Of a DNA stretch of 64,000 nucleotides, positions 38,275 to 47,781 are shown piece by piece (position 1 is the stretch's first letter; each line of letters starts with the position of its first letter). The DNA is from Candidatus Omnitrophota bacterium (GTDB lineage: Bacteria > Omnitrophota > Omnitrophia > Omnitrophales > Aquincolibacteriaceae). Below the pieces are notes generated by a model. The model had not been told where the DNA came from and searched no databases. It saw only the letters and a list, made by a program, of their open reading frames with translations. The position numbers were made by a program, and so were the translations under genes. The stretch spans positions 103,970 through 167,969 of the forward strand of contig JAZDJU010000031.1 of the NCBI GenBank assembly GCA_043803685.1, written 5' to 3'.

Positions 38275-38514
38275 TCAGCGGATCTTTCGCCCGAACCGGA
38301 ATCCCACCAATAGGACGGAAGTCCAGATCGCGGAAATAAGCAGACGATCTTTGACCGGCTCCCGGACAACGACGAACGATAGAACGCCCGCGATAACTAT
38401 GAAAATGAAGATCCATTTCGAGAAATTCAGATCGATCGCCCGGAACCATGCCAGCCTCAGCCCCACTACGAAGAAAAATATCGAGGCATAAGAGGCGAGA
38501 GCGAATTCGGCCAT
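38275..38514 (-). CDS. Small membrane protein
   Basis: 79 aa with three hydrophobic segments; starts directly after the transporter stop. Confidence 0.6.
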   Translation of the reverse strand: MAEFALASYASIFFFVVGLRLAWFRAIDLNFSKWIFIFIVIAGVLSFVVVREPVKDRLLISAIWTSVLLVGFRFGRKIR

Positions 38515-38515
38515 G

Positions 38516-40549
38516 TTATAGCTTTTCGATCAGTTCCTTGCCGTCCCAAATGATCCTGATCTTCAAGGGCCGGACCTCATCCGCGGGGGTGACAGAACCC
38601 CAGGCGACAGCGATCTCTTCCATTTGCACTTCGGGAGAGAATCTCTGCGATCTTCCAAGTACGAGTTGTTGGGCTTTCAAGTCGAATGCCACGCGCGCCA
38701 TGACGTAATAGGCGTCGTTCGTAGGAACTGAAAGTAAAATGACCGGGCGGCCGACCTTCTCCGCGATAGAAATAACCCGGGTAAAAACTTCCTCTTCCTG
38801 CGGATAAGGTTTTTCGAGATCTCCCTCCAATTGAAATCCCTTAGCGACTTTTGAAGTCAGGGCGATCACATCGGTCGTGTCAGGATCGACCTCGGCCAGA
38901 ACGCGCTCCAGATGGATCAGATTGCGCGGCGATCTTACGGCCACGACGATCCGGTCCGCCTTCGTACAATGGCACGCCTCGGGAGTGAGAAATTCCATTT
39001 CGTTCAGATTCACATGATCGATATGCTGGTGCGAACCGTCGGCATTTTTTTTATCATGAAGCTCGGGGTGAGCGCGCTGATTGATCTTTTCAGAGACCAG
39101 AAAGATGATGAAGAACGCCAATGTGAAAAGGGACCCTGAAATAGTGGCCACTCTTTTGGTGAGGAGGTTAAGGCAGGCCGTCGCGAAAAGAACGAGGAAG
39201 ATCGCCACGAGCCCCATAGGGACCTCAAACCCGAAAAGCCGGATATTCCCGGGGACTCTCCATTCACGAGGAGTTTTATCTTTATATCGCAGCATCAGAA
39301 CCGCCAGGGATTTAAAAACAAAACTCCAGATGACGCCGAAGGCGTAAGCTTCGCCCAGCACATAGACATTGCCGCGACAAATCAATATTGTAAAGATCTG
39401 CAGCGCGACGATCAGGTTGATCATCCGGTGGGAGGTACCGAAACGCGGATGCGGGCGGCGGAGCATTTCAGGAAGGATGCCATCCTCCCCCAACCGGTTC
39501 AAAACACCGTTGGAGCCGACAATCGCGGTGTTCACGGCGCCTGAAAGGATCAAAGCGCCGACAAATACTACAAAGGCCTGGAACAATATCTTCACAGGCG
39601 CCGGGCCGACAAGGAACATCGTCAGACCTCCGATCAAATTATCCGAATACTGCGAAGTCCTGACAGCGTCCGGAATGATCATGACCGCAAAGAAGCTGAC
39701 CAACGAAGTAAGCAGCATGCTGTAGAGAAAGATGATGAATCCGGCTTTTTCAAGGTTTTTGAGCTTAGGCGCCTCCATCTCACGGTAGACCTGCGCGAGC
39801 GATTCCTCTCCACTCATCGCGAGAAGCGAATGGCCGAACGCGATCGTGATACCGATCATGCCCAGAGGAGCGATCTTTCCACTGAACCCATGAAGCCACC
39901 CCAGGGACTCCTGACTAAAAACAGGCGCGAAAGGCGGAAGATGAAAACCTCTGATCGCCAGGGTCAGGATACTCCAGGCGATCATGATCACCGCCATGAC
40001 GGTCGTAACCGCCATGATCTTCAAAGCTTTTCCGCTGGATTCCGGAACCCCTTTAATGTTCTGCCACCAGAAATAAAGAGTGACGGCGATCGCGAAACAG
40101 ATCGAAAAGATCCCTGGAGGGATATGAAGCGGGATCTCGAAATGCGGCATGAGCGTGTTCAAAAGCCCTGCCAGATATTGGCCGGCGCAAACAGCGCTGA
40201 TCGGTCCGGTGAGCACATAGTCAAAGATCAAAGCGGAAACCGAAAGCTTGGCGAGGGTGCCGCCCATCGCTTCTTTGACGACCCGGTAAACGCCGCCGCG
40301 GACGAACATGCTGCACGACTCGATATATACGGCACGTACCGTATAGGAAAAAAGCATCACCCCCAGAACGAACCAGGGCGCGGCTTTCCCGATAGCCTGT
40401 TCCGCGATCCCACCGATGTAATAGGCTGTGGAAGCCAGATCGCAGAGCACGATCGCTGAAGCACGCCAAAAACTGATGAAGCTGAGCATGGCGGTCGTGA
40501 CAAGGATGACGTTCCGGGCCGTTTTCTTCTGTTCGGGGATATTAGGCAT
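38516..40549 (-). CDS. APC-family permease with C-terminal USP-like domain (KimA-like)
   Basis: About 12 TM segments, DYVLTGPIS, SGEES, YAFGV; cytoplasmic C-terminal domain; downstream of kdpE. Confidence 0.75.
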   Translation of the reverse strand: MPNIPEQKKTARNVILVTTAMLSFISFWRASAIVLCDLASTAYYIGGIAEQAIGKAAPWFVLGVMLFSYTVRAVYIESCSMFVRGGVYRVVKEAMGGTLAKLSVSALIFDYVLTGPISAVCAGQYLAGLLNTLMPHFEIPLHIPPGIFSICFAIAVTLYFWWQNIKGVPESSGKALKIMAVTTVMAVIMIAWSILTLAIRGFHLPPFAPVFSQESLGWLHGFSGKIAPLGMIGITIAFGHSLLAMSGEESLAQVYREMEAPKLKNLEKAGFIIFLYSMLLTSLVSFFAVMIIPDAVRTSQYSDNLIGGLTMFLVGPAPVKILFQAFVVFVGALILSGAVNTAIVGSNGVLNRLGEDGILPEMLRRPHPRFGTSHRMINLIVALQIFTILICRGNVYVLGEAYAFGVIWSFVFKSLAVLMLRYKDKTPREWRVPGNIRLFGFEVPMGLVAIFLVLFATACLNLLTKRVATISGSLFTLAFFIIFLVSEKINQRAHPELHDKKNADGSHQHIDHVNLNEMEFLTPEACHCTKADRIVVAVRSPRNLIHLERVLAEVDPDTTDVIALTSKVAKGFQLEGDLEKPYPQEEEVFTRVISIAEKVGRPVILLSVPTNDAYYVMARVAFDLKAQQLVLGRSQRFSPEVQMEEIAVAWGSVTPADEVRPLKIRIIWDGKELIEKL

Positions 40550-40632
40550 GAACAGAAATTTACCACGCAAGAGGGACCCAGGAGAGTCAAAAAGGCGTCA
40601 AAAATCGACACCTCGGGGTACGGGGAACAGTA

Positions 40633-41334
40633 CTAGTCTTCGGAGTACAAACGATATCCAACGCCAGGCTCTGTAAGGACATAAGTGGGCTGGTCGGGAT
40701 CGGGTTCGATCTTGTTGCGCAGATTGCTGATCGTGACACGGAGAAGATGAGAAGCGCCTTCCAGCTCTTCCGTTTTATTCCAGACCTCCGCGAGAAGTTG
40801 CTTCTGGGTCACCACTTTTCCGGAGTTCATGATAAGAACTTTCAAAACTTCGTATTCGGTCGGTGAAAGCTGCAGGGACTTCCCTTTCGACTCGATCTGA
40901 TGTTGGGCGATATCCACCGAAAGATCACCAGCTTTAAAAACGGTCGCTCCCGTCTGCGGCACAAGCCTTCGCATGACGGCCCGCAAGCGGGCCAGGAGTT
41001 CCCCCGCGCTAAAGGGCTTGGTAAGATAATCATCCGCGCCCGCATCGAGCGCCTGGATCTTGTCGGTCTCCTGATCCTTGACGGATAAAATAATGATCGG
41101 GGTTTTAGCCCTTTTCCGGATCTCGCGCGTCACTTCAAGCCCGTCCATATCGGGTAATCCCAGATCGAGAATGATCACATCCGGATGAAAAGAAACGGCC
41201 TCTTCCAGGGCCTCTGAACCATGAGAGGCTTCCTGGACACTATACCCCTGAGAAACGAGGGCTACTTTAACAAAACGCCTGATCGTTCTTTCGTCGTCGA
41301 CAATGAGAGCGCGGAGATGATCGTTTTTGCTCAT
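40633..41334 (-). CDS. kdpE: Response regulator KdpE
   Basis: LDLGLPDMDG, ALDAGADDYLTKPF, KIEPDP..P.YVLTEPGVGY. Confidence 0.9.
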   Translation of the reverse strand: MSKNDHLRALIVDDERTIRRFVKVALVSQGYSVQEASHGSEALEEAVSFHPDVIILDLGLPDMDGLEVTREIRKRAKTPIIILSVKDQETDKIQALDAGADDYLTKPFSAGELLARLRAVMRRLVPQTGATVFKAGDLSVDIAQHQIESKGKSLQLSPTEYEVLKVLIMNSGKVVTQKQLLAEVWNKTEELEGASHLLRVTISNLRNKIEPDPDQPTYVLTEPGVGYRLYSED

Positions 41335-42395
41335 GGTGATCCTAAGGCTAACGGCAAAAGGACCGTGAATACCGCCCCTTTTTTTCCCGGACGGTTTTCA
41401 GCCCCTATCTGGCCATGGTGCGCCTCCACGATCCCCCTGCAAATGGAAAGGCCCAGCCCTAATCCGCTCACCTGTTTAGGTTTTGAGACCCGGTAAAACT
41501 TGTCGAAAATACGTTTGACGTCTTCGGCCAGGATCCCGGAGCCTTCATCCTCGATCTCGATCTTGACTTGCCAGCCATTCATTTTCGCACGAATACGAAC
41601 CGGAGCGCCGTCGTCGGAATACTTGAGAGCGTTGTCGATCAAATTGACGAGCACCTTGACGATCCATGGGAAATCTACCGCTATTTCCGGAAGATCTCGA
41701 GGGATCTGGATATCGAGCTTCCGGTTGCCGAGTTTGGGCTTCAGTTCCTGCAGAGAGACCCCCAGGATATCCCGAAGCTCGCAGGGTTTGGGCGAGATCT
41801 TTAACGCTCCCGCTTCCATTCGAGCCATATCGAGAAGATTCCCGACGATCCTGTTAAGCCGGTTCGATTCTCCGTAAGCGTCCTGAAGAAGTTCCCTCAC
41901 GGTCTCTTCCCCCAGAGAAGGAGCGTCCTGAAGAAGCATGCTCACGGAACCTATGATGGAAGAAAGCGGTGTGCGAAGATCGTGCGAGATCGAGTTCAAA
42001 AGAGCCGTCTGGAGTTTCTCGGTCGCGCGCAGAAGCTCAAGCTGCCTTGTTTTCTCAGACTGTTCACGCGACCGGGACATCAACTCGCTCACCACTACAC
42101 CCACGGTAAGAAGCCCTACGAATGTAAAAAGATATTGGATCTGGGAAACGGCGAAGGTCAGATAAGGCGGCACCAGAAAAAAGTCAAAGGCAAGAACCCC
42201 CAGCACGGAGGTCGCGATAGCCGGTCCGCGGCCCCATCGCATGGCAACCACCATCACGATCAGTAAATACAGCATGACAAGGTTCGTCGGCTCAAGATAT
42301 CTTTTGATGATCTCGCCGAGCATTGTCACAGCCGCAACCAGGACAAGGCTAAAAAAATAGGGGCGGAGTTTGGGACGTTCCATGACAGGCATCAT
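41331..42395 (-). CDS. kdpD: Short KdpD-like sensor kinase (DUF4118 membrane domain, HisKA, HATPase)
   Basis: AFDFFLVPPYLTF, SISHDLRTPL, GLGLSIC; lacks the N-terminal KdpD/USP domains; start uncertain. Confidence 0.8.
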   Translation of the reverse strand: MMPVMERPKLRPYFFSLVLVAAVTMLGEIIKRYLEPTNLVMLYLLIVMVVAMRWGRGPAIATSVLGVLAFDFFLVPPYLTFAVSQIQYLFTFVGLLTVGVVVSELMSRSREQSEKTRQLELLRATEKLQTALLNSISHDLRTPLSSIIGSVSMLLQDAPSLGEETVRELLQDAYGESNRLNRIVGNLLDMARMEAGALKISPKPCELRDILGVSLQELKPKLGNRKLDIQIPRDLPEIAVDFPWIVKVLVNLIDNALKYSDDGAPVRIRAKMNGWQVKIEIEDEGSGILAEDVKRIFDKFYRVSKPKQVSGLGLGLSICRGIVEAHHGQIGAENRPGKKGAVFTVLLPLALGSP

Positions 42396-42531
42396 AGCAA
42401 AAAACGAGGCCCCTTTTAACGGGATTTTCATTTTATTAAATACGGGACGGTGGCCAGTCAATGAAGTTGTTAGCTATCGGTTATTAGCTATTGTCTATAG
42501 TCCAGGGTCTTCAGGCTGTCGCTGCAGTCTG

Positions 42532-42867
42532 TCAGATGTTCTTCAAGAACCGCTTGACGTCGTCATGATTGCCGGCAAGGACGAATTCGACGAGGTCCCC
42601 TTGCCAGCGGAAAAGTATCCGGGCCTTGATCCCCTTCCTCACTTCCCAGAAATCGGATCTCAGTCGCTTGAGCCCAAGGCCTTGATAAAGTTGCCGGTCC
42701 TGCGAAAGCACGTCGATCAGTTTCGCGGCCGCGTCCTTAACATCCTCTTTTTCCTGCGAAGAGAAGCTCTCCAAGAGCTGCCGAGCGTGCTGAAATCACA
42801 TACTTTCAGCGGAGAGAGGAAGGGCTTTCAGGGAACGTTCGAAAGACGGTTTGAACTCGAACCTCAT
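42532..42867 (-). pseudogene. RelE/ParE-like toxin interrupted by a 57-nt in-frame insertion containing TGA
   Basis: ATG overlaps the antitoxin stop (ATGA); MRFEFKPSFERSLKALP[LSAESM*FQHARQLLESFS]SQEKEDVK...LGLKRL...WEVR...RILF...GNHDDV. Confidence 0.7.
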
Positions 42868-43127
42868 AGAGAGGCTAGGCGTTTTTTTGCAGCTTCTCCG
42901 GTCGCGTAGACCGCTCCCTTTTCGCACACCATCTTTTCAATCTTTTCCCATTCTTTGGAAGTGTAGGGCGACTGCGCGGTCACCTCACAGGGCAGGAGCA
43001 TGATCCCGTTCTTCGTCACGCTGAAGGCCACAGAGGTCCCCTGCTGCAAACCGAGGATCTTGCGGACACTGAGCGGGATCGTCACTTGTCCTTTGGAGGT
43101 CATTTTCGTCGTTTCAATGATCGTCAT
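42864..43127 (-). CDS. AbrB/MazE/SpoVT-family antitoxin
   Basis: KMTSKGQVTIPLSVRKILGL. Confidence 0.9.
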   Translation of the reverse strand: MTIIETTKMTSKGQVTIPLSVRKILGLQQGTSVAFSVTKNGIMLLPCEVTAQSPYTSKEWEKIEKMVCEKGAVYATGEAAKKRLASL

Positions 43128-43579
43128 CGTGATCAGTTCCTTATCTTAGCGCGTTAGCACTCTTTTAAAATTGAATTCAGAGGTAAAACAGTACTGCGCC
43201 TAAAACAGATCGAAATTGCGGGCACAACAATTTCGATCCTGAAGCGGCGCTAGGTATTACTTCCTTACTTCCTGATAATAGGATAACGTCAGGAAGCGCC
43301 GAAGTCAAGCCGCTCTCCCTGCTGTCGGTCGTCGATGCAGGACACGGCTATCTTTGGAGAGTGCCTGCATCGTACTTGCGCGCTGGCGCAAGTGCTGCAG
43401 TCTATTTCGTGGAACGGCGGGAAGATCTTTTGACTTTGCGATCCTGCGTTCCAGGATCAGCGATCGCAAGCCCTTTCCCCTCAAGCACACAACCTTTGGC
43501 CAGCGGCTTGCATGGCTTATGGCGCTTCCCGCAAAACCCCTGCTCTTCATGAGGACATACCCAACCGGTCATTTGTCTT

Positions 43580-44308
43580 TTACCTTTTGAGATACCGTTG
43601 GCGTTTCGGCTCGGGGAACCGTTCGATCGCGTAACGCAACATGGTGCGCGGCATTTTTTGATGATGTTTTTTGAGAAAAGACTCCAGGAGCGGCTCATCC
43701 CGCTTCCCGACCTCCCGAAGCGCCCACCCCACCGCCTTATGAATGAGATCCTCTTTGTCCTTCAAAAGCATGCGGGCGATCTTGAGAGTCTCCTTGAGAT
43801 CACGGTCACGGATGTAGCGAAACGTCGCGAGGACCGCCATCCGTCTCTTCCAAAGACTGCCTGAGCGGGCGAGCGAATACAACGGGGTTTGCTCCTTGCC
43901 TCTCAGGAAACCTCCGAGAATGTGGTGCGCGGATAGATCGATCAGGTCCCAGTTATTAATAAAGGAATGATTTTTCAGATAGATCCGGTAGATCTGGCCC
44001 CGGCCCTTTTCATCCGCTGACTGGAATTGGGAAACAAGGATCAGGAGAGCGACCAGTCTTTCCTCGTGAACGCGCGATCGCAGAAGCTTGACCACTTCCC
44101 CCAGAGCCAGATCCCCGAACTCTTTTGCGACTATGCGGGAGCAAGGGACCCTGACGCCGATAAAGACATCTCCCTCGCCGTATTCCCCCGGTCCCGTTTT
44201 GAAGAACCGCCGCAGCAGCGCAGCCTGTTCTCGGTCCGCGTACTGCCGCAACCTTTTCCTGATGGCCATCACAGTCATCGGATCACTTGCCCTTCGTTCC
44301 TTGTTCAT
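43580..44308 (-). CDS. DNA alkylation repair protein, AlkD-like
   Basis: FFKTGPGEYGEGD, NNWDLID, DLIHKAVGWALREVGK, MPRTMLRYAIE. Confidence 0.9.
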   Translation of the reverse strand: MNKERRASDPMTVMAIRKRLRQYADREQAALLRRFFKTGPGEYGEGDVFIGVRVPCSRIVAKEFGDLALGEVVKLLRSRVHEERLVALLILVSQFQSADEKGRGQIYRIYLKNHSFINNWDLIDLSAHHILGGFLRGKEQTPLYSLARSGSLWKRRMAVLATFRYIRDRDLKETLKIARMLLKDKEDLIHKAVGWALREVGKRDEPLLESFLKKHHQKMPRTMLRYAIERFPEPKRQRYLKR

Positions 44309-44511
44309 TCATTATCCATAAAGTGACGGGACGGCGTCCCATTGGCGCGGAATTCCCGTGGAGATAAGTGATGTGCCTGCTCGGCCGCATCCCAGGCGGT
44401 GGCCTGCCCTGCGCAGAGGAGGGGCCCCGAAATTACGAGAAATTATATTTGCGAGCCACGTGCCACGATCCACGTCTTGTCCCAGCCCCTGGCTCGCGGA
44501 CGGCGTCCGCG

Positions 44512-44853
44512 TTACGCGAAGGCGGTTTTGAGCCAAACGTGCGTCGCGGCCGCTTTTTCTTCCCGGCGTCTCGGGTGGATCACGATCTCCACATCCTTAT
44601 CAAGCGCGTTCAGGATCTCGAACAAATAGTCCAAAGAGAATGCGCTGAGTTTTCCGTTCACAAGACAGGAAACCTTGGATTGGGGGATCCCAAGAAGTTT
44701 GGCCGCCTGTTTTTGCGTCAGGCCACGCTCCCGGAGGATCTCCGCGATACGGGACATCACCTGCGCGCGGATCTGGACACGCTCCGGATACTCCGCTCCG
44801 ATATCCGCGAAAACATTCCCGCCCCCTCGCTGAATTTTTTCTTTTCCGCTCAT
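44512..44853 (-). CDS. XRE-family HTH antitoxin (HigA-like)
   Basis: GGGNVFADIG, GLTQKQAAKLLGIPQSKVS, FSLD. Confidence 0.88.
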   Translation of the reverse strand: MSGKEKIQRGGGNVFADIGAEYPERVQIRAQVMSRIAEILRERGLTQKQAAKLLGIPQSKVSCLVNGKLSAFSLDYLFEILNALDKDVEIVIHPRRREEKAAATHVWLKTAFA

Positions 44854-44912
44854 CCCCCGCCGCCTTCCCCGTAATAGATCCTGTAGTCCTCTTCCGCCGC
44901 TTGGAGCCTTCT
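44850..44912 (-). pseudogene. C-terminal stub of the cognate RelE/Gp49-like toxin
   Basis: RRLQAAEEDYRIYYGEGGGG* with TGA overlapping the antitoxin ATG; no start codon. Confidence 0.5.
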
Positions 44913-44916
44913 AGTA

Positions 44917-44936
44917 ATATACCATATTTGGTATAT
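44917..44936. promoter_or_regulatory. Palindromic operator
   Basis: ATATACCA-TATT-TGGTATAT upstream of the TA remnant. Confidence 0.6.
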
Positions 44937-45069
44937 CTGCATACGCTTTAAAAGAAATTGCGGAACGGAAAGAACCTGTACGCTTGAAGCGTAGCGGCAA
45001 GGAGAAGGACGGCGTCTCATGGAGCGACGACAGAAACATTACGATGGCGTCCGGTTTACTGGTGCTGTT

Positions 45070-45342
45070 CTACTGATATCTTGCGACGTAACGGTCGAGG
45101 ACTTCGCGGATCATCCGCTGATATTTGGTGTGAAACTCCTTAGCCTTCCCCCTGAAAAAGTCCACGCTCGCTTTCCTAAGAACGATCGTCACTTTTTCCG
45201 TCTCTTCTCCGGAAAATACCAGCTCTTCCGGCGGAGGCAGAAAATCGGCGATCCGGGTCAGTTTGCCGGAAGGAAAATCCGGGTCCGACGGATCGTCGTC
45301 TTTATAAATATCCGCGTTCAATTTATTTTTTTTCTTCTTCAT
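45070..45342 (-). CDS. BrnA/CopG-like antitoxin
   Basis: DFLPPPEEL, KVTI.L...VDFF...A...YQRMIR. Confidence 0.85.
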   Translation of the reverse strand: MKKKKNKLNADIYKDDDPSDPDFPSGKLTRIADFLPPPEELVFSGEETEKVTIVLRKASVDFFRGKAKEFHTKYQRMIREVLDRYVARYQ

Positions 45343-45610
45343 AGCGCTCCCTGCCTTTCCTCCAGAAACCAGCCCCGATGATCCTTATCTTTCCGTCCCG
45401 GTAAGTGAACCGTACCGTCAGGATCCCCCGGCCGACACGCCCGTAACAAAAGAACCTCGGCTCTCCGCGGCTGTGTCCGGAGTCAACGTTGATCTTTCTT
45501 TGAGGATCCTCGAATGCCCGTTCAGCCTCCCGGAAATTGACGCCGTGCTTTAGGATATTGAGCCGTTCTTTTTCAGGATCCCAAACAAAATCACTTTCAC
45601 GCTCTCCCAT
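45323..45610 (-). CDS. BrnT-family toxin
   Basis: FVWDPEK...NILKHGVNF.EA, LTVRFTYR..KIRII. Confidence 0.9.
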   Translation of the reverse strand: MGERESDFVWDPEKERLNILKHGVNFREAERAFEDPQRKINVDSGHSRGEPRFFCYGRVGRGILTVRFTYRDGKIRIIGAGFWRKGRERYEEEKK

Positions 45611-45640
45611 CAGAAGAATACCTCATAGCCTTATTTTTGT

Positions 45641-45656
45641 CCATACTATAGTATGG
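45641..45656. promoter_or_regulatory. Palindromic operator of the BrnTA module
   Basis: CCATACTATAGTATGG perfect palindrome. Confidence 0.6.
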
Positions 45657-45693
45657 CTTTTTATACATACGATTTGGAAAAGGGCGGGCGTTT

Positions 45694-46230
45694 TTACGGC
45701 TGGAACCCAATGGGACCTTTCGGCTTACCGGGTTCAGATTCGGATCCAGTTTGCGCCATCATCTTGCGGATCGTTGCAATAATATTCTGGATCACCTCAT
45801 CATGATCCCCCACCCGGCGCTCCAATTCTGAGAATTTCCGCGCAAGCGCCTTATGCGTTAAGAGAACCTCACGCAGTTTCACGAACGCCCGCATGATCGC
45901 AATGTTGACCTGAACCGCTCTCGAACTGTTAAGGACACTCGAAAGCATCAAGATGCCGTGTTCCGTGAACGCATAGGGAAGGTAACGGGCCCCTCCGTGC
46001 GAAAAACTTGAGGTGCCAATTTGGCACCTCAAACCCGCCATTTCCTTCTTGTCGAGCCGGAACATAAAATCAGGAGGAAACCGATCGATATTTCTGTCCA
46101 CCTGCCGCTTCAGATATTTTGTTTCGACGCCATAGAGACACGCCAAGTCGGAATCCAGCATTACTTTGTGACCACGGACCAGGTGGATCGCGGAAGATAT
46201 TTTTTGGATACCATGTTTTTCTATATTCAT
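45694..46230 (-). CDS. ORF6N-domain protein
   Basis: VRGHKVMLDSDLA.LYGV, RFPPDFMF, PYAFTEHG. Confidence 0.9.
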   Translation of the reverse strand: MNIEKHGIQKISSAIHLVRGHKVMLDSDLACLYGVETKYLKRQVDRNIDRFPPDFMFRLDKKEMAGLRCQIGTSSFSHGGARYLPYAFTEHGILMLSSVLNSSRAVQVNIAIMRAFVKLREVLLTHKALARKFSELERRVGDHDEVIQNIIATIRKMMAQTGSESEPGKPKGPIGFQP

Positions 46231-46516
46231 GCGGAAAGATTATCACGACATTGTCTATTAATCAATATTGAATTGATTTTAATGCATTCATCGATTCGCT
46301 ACGCTCTGAGCGTAGCGGCAGAGAGGGACTGCGATCGAAGTGAGTCTTGGGATGGGACGGCGCGCTGACTCGCCGTCTTTGCTGTGAGAGACCTGAAGCT
46401 TTCAGCTATGCGCTATAGTCTGTGGTCTTCAGTCTGGAGCTTCAAAGGAGAATCCCCGGAATTCCGGAAGCTGTTGGGTGGAGTGGCATCTTGTCGACAG
46501 TCAACGCGCATCCGGT

Positions 46517-46942
46517 TTATTCGGAGCGGCCGCCCGCCGTATTGATCAGTTCGCGGGCCTTCGCGTTATCGGCCGTGTCGAAGATCCCGACGATCTTGAA
46601 ACCGTCCGAGCTCGTGCCGTAGACGGAACGGACGCTGATGCCGTTCTGCCCGAGGATCTTCGCGACCTCAGCCAGTGTGCCGACCCTGTTCTCGAACTCG
46701 ACGATCAGGACCTCCCGGGCCTCGATCTTGGGAACGAAATAAGCAATGCTTTCCCGGGTTTTTTCGAAGTCCCCGCTTGAGGTGATCAGCCGGAGATGCC
46801 CTTCACCGCCTTCCGTGTCCGCGGTCAGGTGCTGGATAAAAATGTTCTTCTGGGCCAGGGCCAGCACGATCCGGCCCAACAGCCCGGTCTCGTCCTTGGC
46901 CACGCAATGGATCTCTTTTCCGATCGTCGCTCTCGCCATCAT
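46517..46942 (-). CDS. Tandem ACT-domain protein
   Basis: DETGLLGRI..L and ENRVGTLAEVAKILG..GI. Confidence 0.8.
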   Translation of the reverse strand: MMARATIGKEIHCVAKDETGLLGRIVLALAQKNIFIQHLTADTEGGEGHLRLITSSGDFEKTRESIAYFVPKIEAREVLIVEFENRVGTLAEVAKILGQNGISVRSVYGTSSDGFKIVGIFDTADNAKARELINTAGGRSE

Positions 46943-47022
46943 GTTCTCCTTAAGGATCGTTCGTGGATCTATTTAAATTATTTTCGTTCTGCCGACATTG
47001 ATGGAACGTCACAGGCTCCTCT

Positions 47023-47059
47023 AAACGATCGAAAAGATCAGGATGCCGAAAGAGGCGGC
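47023..47059. repeat. 37-bp direct repeat of the 3' end of gene 48816-49184 (partner at 48818-48854)
   Basis: AAACGATCGAAAAGATCAGGAT(G/C)CCGAAAGAGGCGGC, one mismatch. Confidence 0.9.
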
Positions 47060-47070
47060 TATTTCTACCT

Positions 47071-47160
47071 CTCCCTGCGAAGACGAGACTTTCAATGTCT
47101 CGCGAGCCTGCCAGAAACATCTGGTTTCAGGCCTTTTGGGTGACTGTCACCTGTCTTACC
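47071..47160. repeat. GACTGTCACCTGTCTT-family repeat, copy E
   Basis: Matches copies C/D except for their internal hairpin; ends GGGTGACTGTCACCTGTCTTACC. Confidence 0.9.
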
Positions 47161-47169
47161 AGCACCTTT

Positions 47170-47781
47170 TTACTGGCTTCTTGTTCGCATACCAGGTTCT
47201 AACGGATGCCATATCGCGTCCGTCTCTGAAACCGGACGGTCTGAAACCTCACGAGCCTCGGGTGCCGTTCCAAACAAAGAAAACCCCACGATCTTTTTTA
47301 TCTTTTCAAGGGTCCGCGTTGACAGATTCTGGGTTCCGCTTTCGATCCTGGAAATGAATTGCTGTTTCACTCCCATTCTTTGGGCAAACTCCGCCTGGGT
47401 CATTTTTTGAGCGCGCCGCCATGTCCGGAGGTCGTTGGCGATCCTTTCCCAAGCCGCTTTTTTGGAAAGCTTCTTTCCTTGTCTTGGAAAAACCACGCCC
47501 TTCTTCTTGAATTCCCGTACAAGGTGCTTATAAACTTCATCCCAGAACGGAATGCGTTCATTGTTCCATTGGTCTTTACGCATCCTTCGCTTGATCTCAA
47601 ACCAGTGCCGGCAAAAATTTTCCTTACTCAGGAAGTCCTGGAACATCTCCTTGGGGAGACCGGAATGCCTCGAAAGCAACAGCGCCGCGTAATGAATAAA
47701 GCTTTCCTCCTTCGGATCTTTAAGGATCCGCTTTATTTCATCCTCGGTCTTGTTGATATTCCAAAGCCAGGATCTTTTCAT
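47170..47781 (-). CDS. Putative antitoxin: unknown N-terminal domain plus XRE HTH
   Basis: KMTQAEFAQRMGVKQQFISRIESG; overlaps the stop of the upstream nucleotidyltransferase. Confidence 0.75.
   Translation of the reverse strand: MKRSWLWNINKTEDEIKRILKDPKEESFIHYAALLLSRHSGLPKEMFQDFLSKENFCRHWFEIKRRMRKDQWNNERIPFWDEVYKHLVREFKKKGVVFPRQGKKLSKKAAWERIANDLRTWRRAQKMTQAEFAQRMGVKQQFISRIESGTQNLSTRTLEKIKKIVGFSLFGTAPEAREVSDRPVSETDAIWHPLEPGMRTRSQ

Noticed and set aside
42760..42800. Selenocysteine UGA with SECIS in the toxin gene
   Set aside because: The UGA lies within an apparent insertion, not at a Cys position, and RelE-type toxins are not known selenoproteins.
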